Notes: generated from the letters alone by a model not told the origin. 12,001 nucleotides of DNA from an uncultured archaeon (GCA_964648855.1 CAZYLT010000009.1:96968-108968), one strand, 5' to 3'; numbered from the stretch's first letter, positions 1 through 8,506 are shown. Program-made: numbers and translations.

Positions 1-152
1 GAGGAGATTTTCTTTTTTGCAGCATCACGTGCTTCTTGCATAGCAGGACATCCATGACTCTCCGGTAGACGATGCTCTGTGCAATATACCATCCGACAAT
101 AAGGACATGTGAAACCTAGGTCTTCTTTTCCGCACAGGGAGCATTTTGCCAT
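1..152 (-). CDS. AN1-type zinc finger domain protein, N-terminal part only (3' end runs off the window)
   Basis: Not in the ORF track. Manual translation from the minus-strand ATG at 152 gives MAKCSLCGKEDLGFTCPYCRMVYCTEHRLPESHGCPAMQEARDAAKKKIS..., matching the AN1 pattern CxxC-x8-CxxC-x4-CxxHRLPExHxC. An SD-like GAGTGA lies just upstream on the minus strand. Confidence 0.92.
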   Translation of the reverse strand, partial: MAKCSLCGKEDLGFTCPYCRMVYCTEHRLPESHGCPAMQEARDAAKKKIS

Positions 153-258
153 CGGTATCACTCAGTCAATTTCGCTAATACTCTTCCAGTCGAAATTAGT
201 TGTCGCGCTGAAAAGGGTATGCCTAAGCCTATTGACTGTTTCCAGTTAGTTTCGAAGC

Positions 259-271
259 AAAGGCTTAAGTA
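259..271 (+). promoter_or_regulatory. Putative BRE/TATA promoter for the oxidoreductase gene
   Basis: Purine-rich AAAGG followed by CTTAAGTA in the divergent intergenic region, about 60 nt upstream of the start codon. Confidence 0.4.
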
Positions 272-328
272 ATCCAAATCAGGGACCCGCAATGGCTTAT
301 AGAGATGCTTTTCCTGGAGCGATGAGTT

Positions 329-1723
329 TTGGTGTATGATGTTGCCATTGTAGGAACAGGTCCTGCAGGTATATTTTGTGCTCTGGAACTAATTGAATAT
401 CAGCCAGGCCTGAAGATTGCTCTGATTGAACGTGGCAAGAGCATCAATGAGAGATCTTGTCCTAACTCAAAGATGGCACGAGGTTGTACAAAATGTGACC
501 CGTGTGCAATCCTTGCAGGATGGGGTGGTGCTGGTGCATTTTCTGATGGCAAGCTCACAATTTCCACTCAGGTGGGGGGCTGGCTGGATGAGATTATTGG
601 CGAAGAGCGGTTGCTGAAACTCATTGAATATGTGGACGGGAAGTATCTGAAATACGGTGCGCCCGAAAAAATCTATGGTGCTGATGAGGACTCCACCGAG
701 AAATGGGTAAGAGATGCATTCCGTGTCGGAATGGAACTGATCCCCCAAAAAGTTAGACACATGGGACGAGAAGGGTGCATCGATGTCATGACTGGGATGT
801 ACTCCACGGTGAAAGACAAATCTGATATCTTGTTTAGTACCGAGGCCAAAGATATCCATGTAAGAGATGGGAAGGTTGTGGGCGTTGAGACCAATGGCGG
901 GGATAATATATCTGCGCGCTATGTCGTTGCCGCGCCTGGCCGAGTTGGTAATCAATGGCTCTCTCAACAAGCTGACCGTCTATCAATTAACAAAGGAAAC
1001 AATTACGTTGACATTGGTGTCAGAGTTGAGATCCCTGCATCAGTCATGGAAGAAATAGCAGGAGACCTCTATGAACCGAAACTTATCTATTATTCCAAGC
1101 AATTTGATGACAAGGTCCGTCTCTTCTGTTTCAATCCTGGTGGCGTAGTGACCAGTGAATACTATGACGAAATCCTAACAGTGAACGGGCAATCTTTTGC
1201 GAATAGGAAGACAAGGAATAGCAACTTCGCGCTACTCGTTTCCACGAAATTCACCGCCCCCTTTAATTCGCCAATTGAATATGGACGGTCAATCGCCCAA
1301 CTTGCCAATATGCTTGGTGATGGCGTATTGGTACAACGGCTGGCCGACTTACGGCGTGGTAAGAGAAGCACAGAATCGCGCGTAAAGCGTACGCCAATTC
1401 AGCCCACTCTGCCCAGTGCATGTCCGGGTGATTTGAGTTTCGCACTACCTTATCGACATCTTAGTTCCATCTTGGAGATGCTGGACGCATTGGATAATCT
1501 ATGTCCCGGTGTGGCGGACGACGGAACCTTGCTTTATGGAGTGGAAGTGAAATTTTATTCTTCCCGCTTGAAGCTTGATGAAAATCTCGAAACAAAAAAT
1601 GTAGGGAATCTTTATGCCGCGGGTGATGGGGCTGGCATTACGAGAGGTCTCATGCAAGCTTCGGTATCCGGAGTATTGGTTGCTAGAGATATCCTTCGGA
1701 AAGAAGGTATCGATACACCATAA
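329..1723 (+). CDS. NAD(P)/FAD-dependent oxidoreductase (uncharacterised FAD-dependent dehydrogenase family, COG2509-like)
   Basis: N-terminal Rossmann motif DVAIVGTGPAG, Cys cluster C-x8-CxxCxxC followed by the family motif GWGGAGAFSDGKL, and C-terminal NLYAAGDGAGITRGL FAD-binding motif. Start is TTG 329 or GTG 332, with GGAG upstream. Confidence 0.9.
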   Translation: MVYDVAIVGTGPAGIFCALELIEYQPGLKIALIERGKSINERSCPNSKMARGCTKCDPCAILAGWGGAGAFSDGKLTISTQVGGWLDEIIGEERLLKLIEYVDGKYLKYGAPEKIYGADEDSTEKWVRDAFRVGMELIPQKVRHMGREGCIDVMTGMYSTVKDKSDILFSTEAKDIHVRDGKVVGVETNGGDNISARYVVAAPGRVGNQWLSQQADRLSINKGNNYVDIGVRVEIPASVMEEIAGDLYEPKLIYYSKQFDDKVRLFCFNPGGVVTSEYYDEILTVNGQSFANRKTRNSNFALLVSTKFTAPFNSPIEYGRSIAQLANMLGDGVLVQRLADLRRGKRSTESRVKRTPIQPTLPSACPGDLSFALPYRHLSSILEMLDALDNLCPGVADDGTLLYGVEVKFYSSRLKLDENLETKNVGNLYAAGDGAGITRGLMQASVSGVLVARDILRKEGIDTP

Positions 1724-1739
1724 CCTCATTCACCCTTCC

Positions 1740-1886
1740 AAAACCTTTTATACCAAACGGTCCCTAGTGCTATTGAACAAATGGTCTATAGTTGACCAAT
1801 TTGTAGTACGTATAAGTAGGAGCCTACTGGTGACTCAGATGGGCGGTTTGTCCGCCCATGGGCTCCGGACTACGGGAGGAATAATA
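1740..1886 (+). promoter_or_regulatory. Regulatory region of hsp20-cdc48: two TATA-like boxes, three inverted repeats and an SD
   Basis: AAAACCTTTTATA (1740-1752); TGGTC-N7-GACCA within a longer imperfect repeat (1777-1804); TATAAG (1811-1816); AGTAGG-AG-CCTACT (1815-1828); ATGGGCGG-N5-CCGCCCAT (1839-1859); SD GGAGG (1875-1879). Confidence 0.6.
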
Positions 1887-2324
1887 ATGATTGATGACGA
1901 ATTTGATAGGTTTGTACGCCAAATGTTCGAACGTTTCTTCAATGGACCAATGAGTCCTGACCCCGATAGAGATGTTCAGATTAGAATAAGTACGGGGTTA
2001 AGTCCTTCACCTAATAGAGGATTTAGGCATGAAGAGGTGGAGGCTCCAAATTCTGAAACAATCGACCTTGGCGATAAATTCATGGTCCTAGTGCAGGATA
2101 TTGATACCAATGCAGCTCCTACTGCACATATAGAAGGTCGAGAAGTAGTTTTGAATGTTGGAAACGAATCTGATGAAAACTTGGAGTTTGAGCTGCCTTA
2201 TGCAGTAGATACTGAAAACTCATCTTTATCATTCAGAAATGGGATAATTGAAATTGTATTACCTAAATCAACTGAGATAGAAACAAGCTCGGACACCAAC
2301 GAGATAACGCTGAGCGCAGATTGA
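1887..2324 (+). CDS. hsp20: Small heat-shock protein (Hsp20/alpha-crystallin family), 145 aa
   Basis: Start reassigned from 1614 to ATG 1887, which has GGAGG 7 nt upstream. Phe-rich N-terminus ([15 protein letters not shown]), alpha-crystallin signature ELPYAVD...[16 protein letters not shown]-like tail (ITL). Lies 19 nt before cdc48, a known archaeal gene pairing. Confidence 0.85.
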   Translation: MIDDEFDRFVRQMFERFFNGPMSPDPDRDVQIRISTGLSPSPNRGFRHEEVEAPNSETIDLGDKFMVLVQDIDTNAAPTAHIEGREVVLNVGNESDENLEFELPYAVDTENSSLSFRNGIIEIVLPKSTEIETSSDTNEITLSAD

Positions 2325-2343
2325 AAGGAAGGAGCAGGAAGAA

Positions 2344-4533
2344 ATGTCGGAAAATATCGAGAAGCTAAAAGTAGCTGCGGCTATGCCCAAAGACCAAGGC
2401 CGCGGAATTGTACGGCTGAATTCTCAAACAAGACGAGCACTAGACCTTAGGTCTGGAGATTATGTCCTTATCAAAGGCGAAAAGGAAACAGTGGCAATAG
2501 CATGGCCAGGATTACAGGAAGATGAAGCAATTGAAATGATTCGGATGGATGGATACATTCGAACAAATGCCGGAGCAAGGCTCGGCGAAATGGTTGAAGT
2601 GAGCAAGACCTCACCGCAGGAAGGACAGAGGATTGTTTTGGCACCAAGCCAACCAGTAAGATTTCAACCTGGCTTTGAGCAGTACATAAAGAAACAGCTG
2701 TTGAACAAGCCTCTAACCAGGGGCGATACTTTGGTTATTTCCTCAATTGGTCAAGGTCTAAAGTTCACAGTTGCACAAACAAATCCAGCAAAGCATGTTC
2801 GAGTTGCTCCCAGCACCAATCTCGAAATGATGACGCGACCGGTTAAGCCGGAAGAAATGACTGTTCCTCAGGTAACTTACGAGGACATTGGTGGCTTGAA
2901 CAAGGAGATTCAGAAAATTCGAGAAATAATCGAGCTCCCCATGAAATCTCCTGAGCTTTTCAAGCGATTGGGAATAGAACCACCAAAGGGTGTGTTACTC
3001 CATGGACCGCCAGGAACTGGGAAAACCCTGATTGCAAAAGCTGTTGCAAACGAGTCCGGAGCTAATTTCAAGGTCATAAATGGTCCTGAAATCATGTCAA
3101 AATTCTACGGAGAGTCTGAGAGCAAGCTTAGAGAAACCTTTGAGGAAGCCGAAAAGAATGCACCGAGTATCATCTTCATTGATGAACTGGATAGCATTGC
3201 TCCAAAAAGAGCTGAAGTAACTGGTGAGGTTGAAAGAAGAGTTGTAGCTCAGCTGCTTGCATTAATGGATGGTCTGGCTGGTAGAGGTCAGGTTATCGTT
3301 ATCGGTGCTACAAATCGAGTTGATGACGTTGATGAAGCTTTGAGAAGACCGGGCAGATTTGACCGTGAGATCGTAATCGGAGTGCCAGACAAAAAGGGAC
3401 GATTGGAAATTCTTCAGATTCATACCCGTGCAATGCCATTAGAAGAGGGATTAGATCTGGAGAAACTTGCTGCCACAACACATGGCTTTGTGGGTGCTGA
3501 TTTGGCATCACTTGCTCGGGAGGCTGCTATGCAAGCACTTCGTAGAGCTCTGCCTCATATAGATCCAGAAACTGGTGATATACCGCCAGATATCCTCAAT
3601 GACTTGTTTGTCACTCAAGAAGACTTTGATGTAGCGATGAATGACGTATCTCCTTCAGCACTTCGTGAAGTGTTTGTGGAGAAACCAAATATCCATTGGG
3701 ACGATGTTGGTGGTTTGCACAAAGTCAAGAGTCAGCTTAGAGAAGCTGTTGAGGCACCATTGAAACATCCTGAGGTCTTTCAAGAAATGGGAATCCGTGC
3801 CCCTAAGGGCGTTCTCTTGTTTGGTCCTCCTGGCACAGGCAAGACGCTACTAGCCAAGGCGGTTGCGACCGAGAGTGAAGCTAACTTCATCTCTATTCGC
3901 GGGCCGGAGATATTCAACAAATACGTTGGAGAATCTGAAAAGGCAGTTCGGGAGATTTTCAAGAAGGCTCGACAAACCGCACCTTGTGTCCTCTTCTTCG
4001 ATGAGATAGATGCTGTAATGAGTAGACGGGGCATGAGTGACAATACCGGTGTGAGTCAACGAATAGTCAATCAGTTTCTTGCTGAACTAGACGGTATGCA
4101 AGCCCTACAAAATGTGCTTGTTATTGGTGCGACGAACCGAGCTGATATTCTTGATCCTGCTATGTTACGCCCTGGGCGATTTGATGGGGTTGTCTTCGTA
4201 CCGGCACCAGACGAAGAAGCCCGACTCGAGATATTCGAAGTACACACCAGAGAAATGCCTTTGGCAGAGGATGTCAATCTGGAAGAATTAGCAGAGAAAA
4301 CCGATGGGTACTCTGGCGCTGATATCGAAGGTGTCTGCAGAGAGGCTGCTATGGCGGCAGTACGTGACGATTGGAAGTCGAAACCTGTGGAAATGGCACA
4401 TTTTGAGAGCGCATTGAAAGAGATTCGCCCAAGTATCTCAGATGAGGATGAGAAGCGTTACAAGAACCAAGCCGAACAGATATTGAGAAGAAACACGGGT
4501 GGCAAGACCGAACCACTTCCAGGCTACGTCTAA
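2344..4533 (+). CDS. cdc48: CDC48/p97/VAT family AAA+ ATPase
   Basis: N-domain ([21 protein letters not shown]) plus two AAA modules: Walker A GPPGTGKT at 3004 and 3823, Walker B IIFIDE and LFFDE, Arg fingers LRRPGRFD and LRPGRFD, pore loops KFYG and KYVG. SD GGAG at 2331-2334. Confidence 0.98.
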   Translation: MSENIEKLKVAAAMPKDQGRGIVRLNSQTRRALDLRSGDYVLIKGEKETVAIAWPGLQEDEAIEMIRMDGYIRTNAGARLGEMVEVSKTSPQEGQRIVLAPSQPVRFQPGFEQYIKKQLLNKPLTRGDTLVISSIGQGLKFTVAQTNPAKHVRVAPSTNLEMMTRPVKPEEMTVPQVTYEDIGGLNKEIQKIREIIELPMKSPELFKRLGIEPPKGVLLHGPPGTGKTLIAKAVANESGANFKVINGPEIMSKFYGESESKLRETFEEAEKNAPSIIFIDELDSIAPKRAEVTGEVERRVVAQLLALMDGLAGRGQVIVIGATNRVDDVDEALRRPGRFDREIVIGVPDKKGRLEILQIHTRAMPLEEGLDLEKLAATTHGFVGADLASLAREAAMQALRRALPHIDPETGDIPPDILNDLFVTQEDFDVAMNDVSPSALREVFVEKPNIHWDDVGGLHKVKSQLREAVEAPLKHPEVFQEMGIRAPKGVLLFGPPGTGKTLLAKAVATESEANFISIRGPEIFNKYVGESEKAVREIFKKARQTAPCVLFFDEIDAVMSRRGMSDNTGVSQRIVNQFLAELDGMQALQNVLVIGATNRADILDPAMLRPGRFDGVVFVPAPDEEARLEIFEVHTREMPLAEDVNLEELAEKTDGYSGADIEGVCREAAMAAVRDDWKSKPVEMAHFESALKEIRPSISDEDEKRYKNQAEQILRRNTGGKTEPLPGYV

Positions 4534-4595
4534 TCGTAGAGAGACAGAGTTGGGACTCATCGAGCATATGCCTATAAAGGTGAGACCCATCACAC

Positions 4596-4613
4596 CCTCT
4601 AGAGGTTTAAAAA
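4596..4613 (+). promoter_or_regulatory. Putative TATA box for a leaderless GH38 transcript, preceded by a 10-bp palindrome
   Basis: TTTAAA at 4606-4611 is 24-29 nt upstream of ATG 4635, which has no clear SD. The palindrome CCTCTAGAGG (4596-4605) abuts it. Confidence 0.5.
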
Positions 4614-4634
4614 GACCGCTAGGGGTCGCTCTGA

Positions 4635-7130
4635 ATGAAAGAAAGATGGATTCTAAATATATGCCCCTTTTTACATTTTGACAATGCCAGGACTAATACC
4701 TACGAGCATAATGTCAGTATTGCAGCTTGGAACATAAAGAGCATTATAGACTATCTAGAAGTCGATTCGTCACACAAATTCAGCATCGGGCAGGTCACAC
4801 TCTTAGAGGGCTTCAAGAGGCTTTTTCCAAATTATTGGGATCAGTTGCATCAGCGCATACTCGAGGGAAGAGTAGAGATTGTAGGTGGTACATATGTTAC
4901 GCCTGATTTCATCATACCCGACGGGGAGTCTATAGTTCGTCAGTTTCTATACGGAATGAGGTTCTTCAAGGAAGAACTTGGAATCACCGTAAAAACAGGT
5001 TGGGCTTTGGATTCATACGGTCACAGCGCCCAGCTGCCTCAAATCCTGCGCCAATGTGGACTAGAATCGTATTATTTCTATCGTGGCATGCCATTTGAAG
5101 CACCGAGTGAATTCGTATGGAAAGGACCGGATGGTAGTAGAATAGACACAATCTGGTTAATGCAGAATTTCGATTCAGCTGAATGGCTCTCTGAGAATAC
5201 GTTGGAAGCTTTCAGCGTTCTTATGGATTTGGTTGAGAAAAGGAAAGAGGCCTCTGTTTCGAATAATCTATTTTTGCCAGTGGGAGGCGTACTTGTACCT
5301 CCCCTTCCGCATCTTGCTGATATTGTAAAGAAGTGGAATGATACGTTTCCAGATATGCGGTCAGTAATCATAACTCCTTTGGAATTCTCAGAAAAGCTAC
5401 AAATCTCACGTTCTCGTCACCCGGTGATATCAGGTGAACTGAATAGCGGGCGATTTTCAGCAATTGCCAGTGGAGGCCTCAGCAGTAGAATAAGTCTGAA
5501 AATGAAGAATCGGGAGCTTGAAACCCTTCTCTATCTCACCGAATTGTTCTTAGGCTTTGCAGGCAATTCTTCAAAGCGGAATGAACTTGATAATCTATGG
5601 AAGATGCTGCTTTTCAATCAGGACCACAATATAATCAGAGGAACATGTGCTGATACCCCTGCCAAACTAGCGGAAAAGAGATATGGCAAAGCAATTGGTG
5701 CCGCCAACGAGCTGCTCACGAAGACGATTTCATCCATTTCATCGAGCATGAGCGTCAAGAATGCGGTTTCTGGCACGGTTGTATTCAATCCCGTTTCTTG
5801 GAAACGAAGTGGTCTCGTTATCATTCCTTTGGATAGAGCCTTGGCTGATACGGGTAAATTTGAGGTGAGAGATCATAATGATGAGCCTGTTCCCTATCAA
5901 TTGCTAAATGCGGTCACGAAGACCGAATCGCCTCAGCTGGCGTTTGTTGCAGAAGATATGCCCGCCCTTGGCTATCGTCTTTTCAGGATAGTTGAAACCG
6001 AACAAGTACCGACTTGCAAAAGCAAGATACAGCACGCAAACACGTGGATTGAATCAGATAGATTTCTATTAGAATTCGATGATTTCAATGGGAGCCTTAT
6101 TCGGTTTAGGGATAAGAAATTGAACTATGAGCTCTTTAGAGATAGTGGTAGTTCTGTTGTTTTTGAAAGCGACCTGGGCGATCTGTATCGTTATTCGAAA
6201 TCTGAGCTTTCGAGTAAATCTAGCGAACTCAATACATTGCGGAACAAAGCAATCATAAAGGTTCTCGAATCAGGTCCGGTCTTAGTTCGGATTTCAGTAG
6301 AACAAGATATTGAAGGAACAAAAGTGATTCAGCAATACGCCTGCTATAACGGAATAGACAGAATAGACATACAAATCCAACTGGATTCGCAAGCACGGAA
6401 TAAGAGAGTGCGAGTCAAATACCCCTTGAATATCTTCTCTGATTCCATGATTGCTGGCGCTCAGTTTATGGCAAGAGATGTGAAAGCAGAACCGGACATG
6501 TCTGGCTATATTGAAGCCAATAAGGCGATCTCAGCCTTGGATTGGTTGTCGTGTATTGGACCTGATGCAAGCATGATTTTATCTGCAATAGGACTTCACG
6601 AGTTTGAATACTCCGATGGGAACCTAATGTGCACACTCTTGAGAAGCGTTGACCAACTATCTAGGGGAATTGATGATGAACCAATCCGAACCAGACAATC
6701 CTTAGAGATAGGTAAGCATCTATTCAGTCTTTCATTAATCCCTCATGAATCAAACGTCGGCAGGTCGATGATATTCCGATCTGCTGTCGAACACAGACTT
6801 CCACTTCTCGCTCACCCGGTACCGATAGGCGAACTACAAGATGCAGAGGGAAGTATATTGGGAATAGAAGGCGCAAACATGATAGTTTCTTGTTACAAGC
6901 CCGGCACTAAGGACAATGAAGTAATTGTTCGTTTATTCGAAACCGAAGGCAGAGCAGAAGCGACCAAACTAATCTTTTATCGAGATATAGAGCAAGCTGT
7001 ACTTGTTGACTTGTTGGAACAAGATGTTGGGCAGTTGCCTATTGATGGAAATTGCGTATCACTTACTACGGATCCCTTCGGAATTGTAACAGTGCGGATT
7101 AGATACTGTAAAAGAAACAACAATGTATAG
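4635..7130 (+). CDS. Glycoside hydrolase family 38 (alpha-mannosidase-like) protein, possibly with a degenerate active site
   Basis: HxD near the N-terminus (HFD), VGGTYVTPD..PDGESIVRQF, nucleophile motif GWALDSYGHSAQLPQIL, EFVWKGPDGS, middle-domain LFNQDHNIIRG, VVFNPVSWKRS, PALGY, TLLRSV and C-terminal IVRLFE. 831 aa, no signal peptide evident. Confidence 0.93.
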   Translation: MKERWILNICPFLHFDNARTNTYEHNVSIAAWNIKSIIDYLEVDSSHKFSIGQVTLLEGFKRLFPNYWDQLHQRILEGRVEIVGGTYVTPDFIIPDGESIVRQFLYGMRFFKEELGITVKTGWALDSYGHSAQLPQILRQCGLESYYFYRGMPFEAPSEFVWKGPDGSRIDTIWLMQNFDSAEWLSENTLEAFSVLMDLVEKRKEASVSNNLFLPVGGVLVPPLPHLADIVKKWNDTFPDMRSVIITPLEFSEKLQISRSRHPVISGELNSGRFSAIASGGLSSRISLKMKNRELETLLYLTELFLGFAGNSSKRNELDNLWKMLLFNQDHNIIRGTCADTPAKLAEKRYGKAIGAANELLTKTISSISSSMSVKNAVSGTVVFNPVSWKRSGLVIIPLDRALADTGKFEVRDHNDEPVPYQLLNAVTKTESPQLAFVAEDMPALGYRLFRIVETEQVPTCKSKIQHANTWIESDRFLLEFDDFNGSLIRFRDKKLNYELFRDSGSSVVFESDLGDLYRYSKSELSSKSSELNTLRNKAIIKVLESGPVLVRISVEQDIEGTKVIQQYACYNGIDRIDIQIQLDSQARNKRVRVKYPLNIFSDSMIAGAQFMARDVKAEPDMSGYIEANKAISALDWLSCIGPDASMILSAIGLHEFEYSDGNLMCTLLRSVDQLSRGIDDEPIRTRQSLEIGKHLFSLSLIPHESNVGRSMIFRSAVEHRLPLLAHPVPIGELQDAEGSILGIEGANMIVSCYKPGTKDNEVIVRLFETEGRAEATKLIFYRDIEQAVLVDLLEQDVGQLPIDGNCVSLTTDPFGIVTVRIRYCKRNNNV

Positions 7131-7188
7131 CCACGATAGCCTTTTGAAGCTGTAAATGGTACCTCACAAGAAAATCCGAGGATTTACA

Positions 7189-8082
7189 ATGAGCGGATTC
7201 TATCCTATCTCTCCATTAGTGGGTCTCACGAACACAAGCTATGCGGCCCAAGCGGGAGTAATGAATGAGAAGTGGGCATGTAGAGTTGTTCGAGGCAAGA
7301 AGATTCTGACAGAGAAGACAATGCCTGACCTGAATCTGGAGAATTTCGTAGGCATCATCTATGGGCACATTCGTGTTGAAGGCTTGAGTCGTCACTCTGT
7401 GGCTATGTGTGCCGGTCGGCTTATGCAGTTTGCCAGAAGATACCAGCAATCTGGTGTTGCACCCGATTTTGAAGTAGCAGGCCTCATACGCCAAGACGGA
7501 ACCAAAACCGGAGTAGAAGCACCTATCTCCGAATCAACAGATGAGCAGCCATCTGGAGCTCCCGATATTTCTTCAGAGCCGCTGGGGACCTCTGAACTGC
7601 CTGGTTCACAGAGAATGAGTGATATTCCAGAGCTATCTCGGCTCAATCCAAAAGAAACTTGGGATCGGTTATCAACAGCATTTGGTGTTCTTCTTAGTGA
7701 AGTGGCAACTTATGGAGCTTCACTTCCAGAAGGGCATCTCGATGCAATGTTTGATAGGGCTGCAGACCGAGAAATTGCAGCCTGGACTGACCCTGAAAAT
7801 CCGGCTTCACTTGTTACAGGTTTTTGTGAGATGATGTATTCGTGTTCGGACGAAAGTCAGCTTCCCCTGACGGGGACTGATAACCTGACAATTGAGGTCT
7901 CTGGATGTAAATTACTGCGAATAGGAAGAGAGATTGCCTCCAAAAACGAATCGTATCCTGTTGGCTATCCATGCCAATATCATGAGAAAATTGCAAAAAA
8001 AATTGCGGAGATTACTGAATTGAATGTCTCTGTAAATACCTCCTCAACTGGATGCATGATCAAGATAGAACTTGGCACTTGA
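7189..8082 (+). CDS. Hypothetical two-domain protein: unknown N-terminal domain, acidic P/S/E linker, C-terminal V4R/ATC-hydrolase-like Cys-containing domain
   Basis: Long ORF; ATG 7189 preferred over 7156 because GAGGA lies at 7178-7182. The C-terminus LTIEVSGC...YPCQYH...VSVNTSSTGCMIKIEL resembles the strand-Cys / Pro-Cys-helix / strand-Cys-strand pattern of V4R-like folds. The CDS is confident, the fold is tentative. Confidence 0.7.
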   Translation: MSGFYPISPLVGLTNTSYAAQAGVMNEKWACRVVRGKKILTEKTMPDLNLENFVGIIYGHIRVEGLSRHSVAMCAGRLMQFARRYQQSGVAPDFEVAGLIRQDGTKTGVEAPISESTDEQPSGAPDISSEPLGTSELPGSQRMSDIPELSRLNPKETWDRLSTAFGVLLSEVATYGASLPEGHLDAMFDRAADREIAAWTDPENPASLVTGFCEMMYSCSDESQLPLTGTDNLTIEVSGCKLLRIGREIASKNESYPVGYPCQYHEKIAKKIAEITELNVSVNTSSTGCMIKIELGT

Positions 8083-8230
8083 ATGAAACTTTGCCATATT
8101 TCAATCCCTTAGAATGATTCAGTTGCTACCCCCTGATGGTTCTACAAAGGCAATAATCTTAAATCCCAACTCTAATATCATTAGAAGCTGATAGAGACTG
8201 CGTGGATTGCGTCTCTTGGGAGAATCAAAT

Positions 8231-8506
8231 ATGTCATACCTTACTTGGCGAGAATATGTCCGTTCCGGGCCTGTATGTTTGGGAGCAATTCTAATTATTG
8301 TCGGAGCCATTTGGGCACTGCTTCCAACGATGGAAATTACAGTGGTAGCGGGATACGATGCAATAATTGGCGCTGCTGTTGCTGTGATTGGCTTAATCCT
8401 AATTCTGATTGGCTTCTTCATGACAAAGAAGAAGAGAGACTCAGTACTCAGGCCAGTAGATACTAAACAGGAAGATGTTCCACCCCCGCCTCCACCACCA
8501 GACTAG
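8231..8506 (+). CDS. Small two-TM membrane protein with a C-terminal polyproline (Pro7) tail, 91 aa
   Basis: ATG 8231 preceded by GGGAGA. Two hydrophobic spans (VCLGAILIIVGAIWALL; AIIGAAVAVIGLILILIGFFM), a basic stop-transfer KKKR, and the tail DVPPPPPPPD. Confidence 0.85.
   Translation: MSYLTWREYVRSGPVCLGAILIIVGAIWALLPTMEITVVAGYDAIIGAAVAVIGLILILIGFFMTKKKRDSVLRPVDTKQEDVPPPPPPPD

Noticed and set aside
168-197. Inverted repeat AATTTCG-N16-CGAAATT upstream of the AN1 gene
   Set aside because: It is short, AT-rich and widely spaced, so it could arise by chance; there is no other support.
1614-1886. N-terminal extension of the 236-aa ORF
   Set aside because: It overlaps the oxidoreductase by 110 nt and crosses promoter-like sequence. 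ATG 1887 has a strong SD and gives a typical Hsp20 length.
2322-2346. TGA readthrough or selenocysteine fusion of hsp20 to cdc48
   Set aside because: The genes are in different frames, cdc48 has its own SD, and no SECIS-like element was recognised.
3004-4190. Internal similarity between two segments of cdc48
   Set aside because: This is the expected D1/D2 AAA domain duplication, not a DNA repeat element.
8119-8421. Minus-strand 100-aa ORF
   Set aside because: It is the antisense shadow of the membrane protein gene, which has an SD, sensible topology and matches the orientation of its neighbours.
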